Assembly: GCF_009914755.1 (NCBI RefSeq)
Contig: NC_060928.1
Source of the DNA: the human T2T-CHM13v2.0 reference genome, Homo sapiens
Reading direction: 5' to 3' (one strand)
Length of the DNA stretch: 64,000 nt
The notes under the pieces: model-generated
What the model was told of the DNA's origin: nothing
Database searches by the model: none
Seen by the model: only the letters and a program-made list of their open reading frames with translations
Translations under genes and position numbers: made by a program
In this document: one piece after another, positions 56,971 through 64,000 of the stretch
Layout of the letters: each line of letters begins with the position of its first letter
How positions within the stretch are numbered: the stretch's first letter is position 1

Positions 56971-59534
56971 CTCTCTCTCTCATAGTTAAGTGCAGGTTAT
57001 CTTTGCTACTTTGAAATCTCATCAGGAAAAGCCAGGCTTCATCTCATCCCATTTTCTGACTTTTAGACCAGACCCCAGACAATGCTGGCTTTGTTCTGGG
57101 TTGTCCATCCCTTACATGAACGTCTTGTTATTCTGTCATCATGAGAATGTCAGATGCAGGGAATTTACTCATCCCCTAAACTGGTCCCAGCTCACAATGC
57201 ATCCTTAACCCTGCTCTGGGATATTCATTCTCTTTATCCTCTTCTTCAATACTTCTAGCCTTTTGGCTATTTTAAAGCTAATTTATGTATGCTTTGGAAG
57301 GCAGGTAATGAATAAAGAAATTCAAATGAATCTGTTTTGTGACAAGTTAGCATCCCTGAAGAAGGTGTGAATACACAGTTTGGAAACTTACGAATAAAAT
57401 TAAAATTAGCCCATTATTTGGGCATTCTTTATAATAAGACTTCTTAGGTTCTTACATTTCTTTTATAAATATATTATTTGACAGTTGCAAAAATTCATGT
57501 GAACTTGCATGATAAGTCAGCCTTACCCTCCCCAAAATAAAAGTAGGACTGGGTATTTATCTTATCTCTTTGCAGTACTGTGTGTACATTTACTGAGAAG
57601 ACAGAGGATTTCCAAGCAATACAAGAATTCTGTCACATAAACGATCTGATGGGAAACATATCAAAGTGTAAGTTTCAAAAAAAGCTACTCTGAAGTTTGC
57701 AAAACACTTGGCGTCCATCAAGCAATGTGTAGGTGGACAGCTTTGCTCTCAGTAAATCAGAAACAAGGAGTAATAATTAGGCTTCATTTTACTTTCCTCC
57801 ACAGTGCTGGATTGCTGGTTCTGTATGCGTGCTGGGAAACAATCACACTCTAACTGTAGCTGCCTAGGTCTTCTGATGCCATGTTACAGATGGCCTGTGA
57901 CCTGGGAGCACCCAAAGCAACATGCTGAGACTGAATACAACTCCCTTTACTTCACAGTTCTCATTTCCAGGCAAGCATCATTACCAACTCTGGGTTTGAA
58001 GACAGAGGTGAGCGGAGAAGAGAGGAGGGGAAGGGGAACCAAGGAGAGGAAATGAGTCTTTCAGCATTTAGAAAAAAAAAAGAGAAGGAACCAGCAAAGA
58101 GAATGGTAGGACAAAAACTAGGATAGTGTTGTCCTTCAAAGGCCAGGGAAGAAATATACTAAAGTAGATAAAGCAAACACCTGCATCAAATACTGTGTGA
58201 TAGATTAAGTTCAATAGGCTTGGAATTGATCATCAGATTTGGCAACACAAAGGCCATGGAAAACACTGAAGATGTGTCCTGGTGACCATTTCTGCTATGG
58301 AGAGGATATCTTGAAATAGGAGGAACTCAGGACAGAGACTGGGATTCCAAAGACCTTCTCATTCTCTCTCTCTTTGCCATCCTGCATCTGATATTAGCCC
58401 CCTGATCCTGGTGACAGAGGTGATTGCAATTTAGCAAGAGTTGTTTTAATGGAGTATTGGGGACAAACTAGATTGGGGTAAGCCCATGTGGGAAGGTGAG
58501 GAAGAGGAGGTACCAAGTATGAACATCTCTTCGGAGGATTTTTACTATAAAAGGAAGCAAACGGGTAAGAGCTAGAGGAACACATGGGGTGAAGGGAGGT
58601 TTGTTTTAGTTTATTTTGTGGCTTAGATTAGAGATAATGCAGCTTGTTAGTAAGCTGGTGGGGTTAACCTAGAAGAGATGAGAGAAAGTAAAGGAAGAGC
58701 AGGGGGAGAGAGGTATGAGAAATAGATAAGAGAGAAAAAGAGAGATGAAAGAGAGATGAGAGATAGATGAAGGACAGGTGATAAATGAAGGAAGGAGCAG
58801 AAGCCTTGAGAAGGTGAGAAGAAATGAAATTGGGTGCAGCATAGAGTGAATAGCCTAGATATGAACAGGGACACAGGACAGTTCACCACTTTTCACCAGA
58901 GGTAAAAAGTGTACAGGGAAAAAGGCTTACCCACAGATGCAATTCTAACTAGTGCTACTGCCTGGTTTCCCAGCCATGGAGTTAGTTCTTCCCATGAATT
59001 ACGTTGTTTCTGGCCACTTCAGGTAAACAACTCTCCCTGTTCATCCTGATCTCCTGACCCACTTCTCCTCAGATCATGGACCCTGTCACGAGGAGCAGGG
59101 CTGACATGAGATGCAGGATGGCGGAGAGTGAGAGGGAACTAGAAGGCCCTTTCTGCCCACAAAGCCCTAGACACTGTTCCTGAGTCCCTCTTTCATTCTT
59201 TGATATCTTCCCCATCACAAAAATGGTCCACAGGCCATGTCTTCAGTGTTTTACTGCTAATCTAAGCTGACAACACGGGAAAATGAATTTTGTTTTTGCT
59301 TTCCTTAGAGACTAGGGACTTTGGAGCCAGAGACTTTTGCTGTCTGTTCACATTTTGCTGCAGAGAAAGAAACCAAAAACATGGAATGTTGTTGTTGCCT
59401 TTCAAACATTGAAACTTGTACCTAGAGACATAAATCTTCAATTAAGTGTGGTCCATTACAAATGGCAGAATCACTGAGTCTTTCTAAATAGTGATTCTGA
59501 GACCAACATTCAAATTCTCCTTTGTGCTGTGTAT

Positions 59535-62060
59535 CTTGGCAGAAGGACACAGGTGAGAAGCACCATGGGCCTCACAGTGAATAAGATGCCAGAATACCAG
59601 GACATGGATCTGCCGCTCAGTTGGCTAGCTGGAGAAATTCTGTCCTATCAAAACTTCCCTCCCAATATAATTATTATGTACCTTGCATCATTTGGAGTTG
59701 AAGGTCTCTATGCATTAGGTAGAAGTGGCATAAACAATTCCATTGTTTAATTTTGAAAATATACATACAGGGAAAGAGCTTTTCCCTCCTCAATAACCAA
59801 GCTCATCCTGTCTCAGAAACTGGTCTTCTAAATCCCAGTAAGGATCCCATGTGGTTTATGGTTGCATTGTTGAATTTATTTGGAAATTTAAAATGCCCCT
59901 TTGGATAGAAAGATTAACAAATACTTTGCCAAATACATTTTTAAAATTTCAATTTATTTTCAAAAAGTTAAATCACTTCTTGTTCCCAGGCAACATTGAA
60001 TTGAGTTAAAGATACAGATGGTGCCAAATAAGAGAGGCTTTGAGATCCTACCATTGGATCTATTTCAACATATTTGATAAGAATTAAGAAAGTTGTTCTG
60101 CACTGAGGAGTCTGTGGGCCACTCTGATATCTGAGGAAGTCAGCATTAGCCTCACAGAATAAAAATCCAGTGTACTGAGCCTGTGCCATAAAGAGCTTCA
60201 AAAAACTCACAAGCTAAAATATCTAAAAGAAGTAACTAATTTTTTTAAAAGGTGGCTTGTAAATGGACAAGTAGAGAGAAGCAGAAATAACACAGTGGAA
60301 AGACCACTGGGCTAGGATCAGATGACCTATTCAGGTCCAGCTGCACAACTTCCAGCTGTATGACAGAAAATGATGCTCTCTCTGAGCCTCAGTGCCCTTA
60401 CTTCTAAACTGGGAATAATGATATTGTGTCTGCCCACCATATCCTTGCATTTCTTCATTCATGCAACAAAGGTTTGTGTTCTATCCTGTGCTATTATCAC
60501 GGTGGAACACAGTGGCCAACAGGTGACACTTTGGAGAGCCACACGTCCTGTTGCAAGACATTGGTCAAGTTACTCAGCCCTTTTACCTGCCTCTTAGGAC
60601 TCTACTGTAAATCAACTCATTTAACTGAGTTGTAATGGTTAGAGTAGTGCCTGGTAAATAGTGAGCGTTGGGTGTTTTTTGCATCATCATTCCTGGCCCC
60701 CCGCTAGATACGAGTACTCATAGGGAATAAGACAGATTTGGCCCTTGCTCTTATGTAGTTTGTTGTAGAATTGCTGCATACACAGGAAACTTCATATGCT
60801 TGCTTTAAGGGTCAGGCAGGATAATAATTGAGGAAAAAAGCTTTATAAGTTAAATTCTTTACAAATACAAGGCATTATTATTACTTGAATTCTCCACACT
60901 CCAAAGGAAGAAAAATGACTTTAATGATGTGCATTAAACTAAATAATGCAGAATTTAATTAGTTTAAACTGTGGGATTCTGTATAAAAGACTTTTAGGTG
61001 GGCTGCAGCATGGCTTTTAAGAAATAATGAGTTCATTTTAGGGTACTAAATGAGTTCCTAGTGCCTTAAAGAATGAATGTGCCCCCCCTGAAGAGCCCTC
61101 CTCAGGACTAACTTGGCACTAGGGCAAAGAGAGCCCCTTGTTATCCAGACAGCCATTCGTCCTTCCCATAAACCACCTTGGGCTATGTATGAATGGCCTA
61201 GCATCTTGTCTGTTTTTAGTTCCACTTTACTTTTTAATAGGCTTAACCCTTTCAATGTTTAATTTCTTTAAAGAATTTGGGAGTTTTTTAGTGTCCTCTT
61301 TTATAGAAATTTAAATTACCTAGACTGGCACAAGACATTATTTTTTTAATATAAATTGATTCAAACATTGGTAGAGTGTATGTCAATTACTAGCCTGACA
61401 GCTGAACTCTTGGAGATCTGGACAATTTAAATATTAGTGTAGACTTTCAGTAGCATTTTATGAGTTATATCCAAGACAATCAAAAGGAAATGAATGCATT
61501 CCAAATAGCTGGCATTTGATAATCTGCACTTCCTGGAATGTCCAACAGAGATATTTGCAAGGAAAGGGGACATCTGCAATGTTTGACATAACATCTTGTC
61601 AGACATGTGGCTGCTTCTGCATTTCTAGAAAAAGGTGAGTCTAATTTCATGAAAGTTCCTATCCACTTAGCTGTCTCTAGATGTAAATGGTTTTTGGATT
61701 CATGTGTGGCACTGGAATGAAGTAGCCATTTTTCTTTGAAATAAAATCTCCAGCACTTCAAGTATGGTTCATTTTCAGAAAAGGATGGGATTTAAGTTTC
61801 CTCCTGTTATCTTGAAAGGTGTGCTTGGCAGATGAGCACAGGTAAGCAGAAGTACCATGGCCCTCAGCACAGTGAACAAGATCCCAGAACACCAAGAAAA
61901 GGATCTGCTGCTCATTTGGTTGCCTGGAGAAATTTTATCCTATCAAAACTTTCTTCCAAATATGGTTACCATGGACCTTGCATCATTTAGAGTTGAAGGT
62001 CTGTGCATTAAGTAGAAGTGGCATAAACAATTCCATTGTTTAATTTTGAAAATATACATA
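59535..62060 (+). repeat. Local ~235-bp direct duplication (59535-59767 and 61825-62060)
   Basis: Colinear similarity from cttggcaga to gaaaatatacata; last 49 bp identical. Confidence 0.92.
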
Positions 62061-63507
62061 TTATATAATATACAAATATGTATATTTGGAAAGACATGTT
62101 AAACCAATAATATGACTTTGAAAGATTTCAAATACACAAGTAGTTTTAAAAGTAATATCAGCAAATACAAATTAATTATTGTCCATGTTTAATAGTCACA
62201 AGCTTTAGGGAACATTCATTGAGTTTTAAATTTCATATTCTTTAATGAGAGATAGGCAGTAATGGGATAAATCCCAAGAATCTGCAGATAGGATTAAATT
62301 GACGAGATGTAAAGTAGGCATAGTCACAAAGAACATATTCCAAAAAAGAAAAGCCAGTAATTATCTAGCAGCATCAAGCCTGTGATAGCTTATCTTTCTA
62401 CAAAATGGTAAATCAATAATGTTTTCCCAAGATAAAATTTTAAGAATAAATTTGCAGCATCATGCTTTGGAGTCAGTTGGACCTGGTTCTGCTACTTACT
62501 AGTGCTTGATCTTGGGCAAATGATTTAAACAAGGTTCTGAGCTTTCTCTGATGATAGTGTATAGTAATGCCTTCCTTTCAGAACTGAGACAAGAATGTAA
62601 TAATGTAATTTATGAAAAGTACTTAGTTCATAGTAAATACTTTACATATGATATATGTGTATTTATATGTGTGTGTATGTACATACATATTCCTCCCTTA
62701 CATATATAGCAGTTGAGACCCTGACTCAGCTTTTCAACGGCAAAATCAGGTTTGAATCTAAGACAAGTCTTTCAAAGTTTCTCATACTTTATGTGACCTT
62801 CATAAAGGCCAGTAAGTCAGTAGAACTCTCAAATTCTCATTTCTGCAAATTATCAGGTTGCCCTAATTGACTATTTCTATACCTAGTTGAGTACTACAAT
62901 GAAAACAAGCCAACAAAAATGTGAATTAGTATTTAAGTGAAATAAGCCACAAACCAGCATGACAGAAAACTGAGGAAGTCTTCAAGATGCTAAAACTGGA
63001 AGGAAACCAATTAACTTGGGAAGCAGGTTAAATATAAGTACAACAGACAACCTGCTGGGTTTTTATTTAATATTGATGAGTAAAAAAAATGTCTAATCCA
63101 TTCACAGTATAAACTAAACCTTGCAATAGATAGCAACATATTAGCATATCCAAAACTTAGATGTGTCACTCTAGGTTTTACTTACCTTTCACCTATCTTT
63201 TGCTTTAGCTTATGTATTTTGCTAGGCAATAATAATGATAATTCTTGAAATTCTTCCAAGCCTTATTTGAAACTAGCAGTATCTACTAAACGCCAAATCC
63301 CTTATGAATGGATAGCAATGCAAAAGTAGTGCCACTAGTAATAACACATACACACACTCTCTTCTAGTCTATGTAGGAGATATAAATAATTATGAGATGC
63401 AATCTTTGATTTAAAGATGTTTACAATATAGTTTGCGAAAATGTTATTTAGCATTAGATTACTTTATGAATGGCAGAAAACTAAGAAAAAGTAGTAGCTT
63501 AAAAAAG

Positions 63508-63996
63508 TATATCTATTTCCTAGTGTTGCTGCACAAAATTATCACAAAGCTGGTGACTTTAAATAACAGAAATGTGTTCTCTCACGGTCCTGAAGGTCAG
63601 AAATTTAAATACAAGGTGTTGGCAGGCCCAGGCTCCCTTTAGAGACTCTGAGGGAGAGGTCTTCCTTACCTCTTGCAACTTCTGGTGGCTTCCGTCATTC
63701 CACGTGGCTGTATTACCCAAATCTCTGCTCCCTGTGCGCCTTTCCATCTCCTCTGTGTGTTTGCGTCCCTTCCTCTATTTTCTGTGTGACTCTCCTTGTA
63801 AGACTCCTATAAAAATACTTGTTATTGGATTTAGGGCTCACCTGGAAAATTCAGGATGATCTCATCTTGAGATCCTTAACTTAATTATATTTGCAAAGGT
63901 TTCCCACCCACTCCCACCCCAATAAGGTTATATCCACAGGTCCCAGGAATTAAGATGTGGAAACATATTTTTGAGGCCACAGTTCAACCCACTACA
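63508..63996 (-). mobile_element. MLT1C/D-like solo LTR
   Basis: 'aacagaaatgtgttctctcacggtcctgaaggtcagaa...aaggtgttggcagg...gccacagttcaacccactaca'. Confidence 0.85.
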
Positions 63997-64000
63997 ACAA

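Noticed and set aside
58670-58830. Purine-rich GA tract (possible triplex DNA)
   Set aside because: Low-complexity decay within L2-like sequence; no clean mirror repeat
63186-63221. 36-nt minus-strand exon candidate with AAG|gtaagt donor
   Set aside because: Poor pyrimidine tract; open only in phase 2, which conflicts with the favoured microexon frames

Overview
AT-rich primate (probably human or hominoid) genomic DNA dominated by transposable elements: several L1PA/L1PB/L1M copies, Alu/FLAM, MaLR and ERV1 LTRs, hAT MITEs, MIR and L2. No intact multi-exon host CDS is recognisable. The long ORFs in the track are L1 ORF1/ORF2/ORF0 remnants, antisense L1/Alu frames or chance ORFs. There is no rRNA, tRNA, CRISPR array or prokaryotic system. 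Non-repeat signals: (i) candidate minus-strand microexons at 1-5 kb (12, 12, 31 and possibly 15 nt) with good splice sites, and a recursive-splice-like YAG|GTAAGT at 49.2 kb, which suggests the window is a long intron of a minus-strand gene I cannot name; (ii) many short locally templated duplications and fold-back insertions, several with target-site duplications but no poly(A); (iii) a duplicated ~240-bp module with a perfectly kept SOX/FOX palindrome; (iv) an open 110-codon L1 ORF0 pointing toward the microexons. Repeat subfamily names come from recalled consensus motifs, not a database search, and coordinates of old repeats are approximate.
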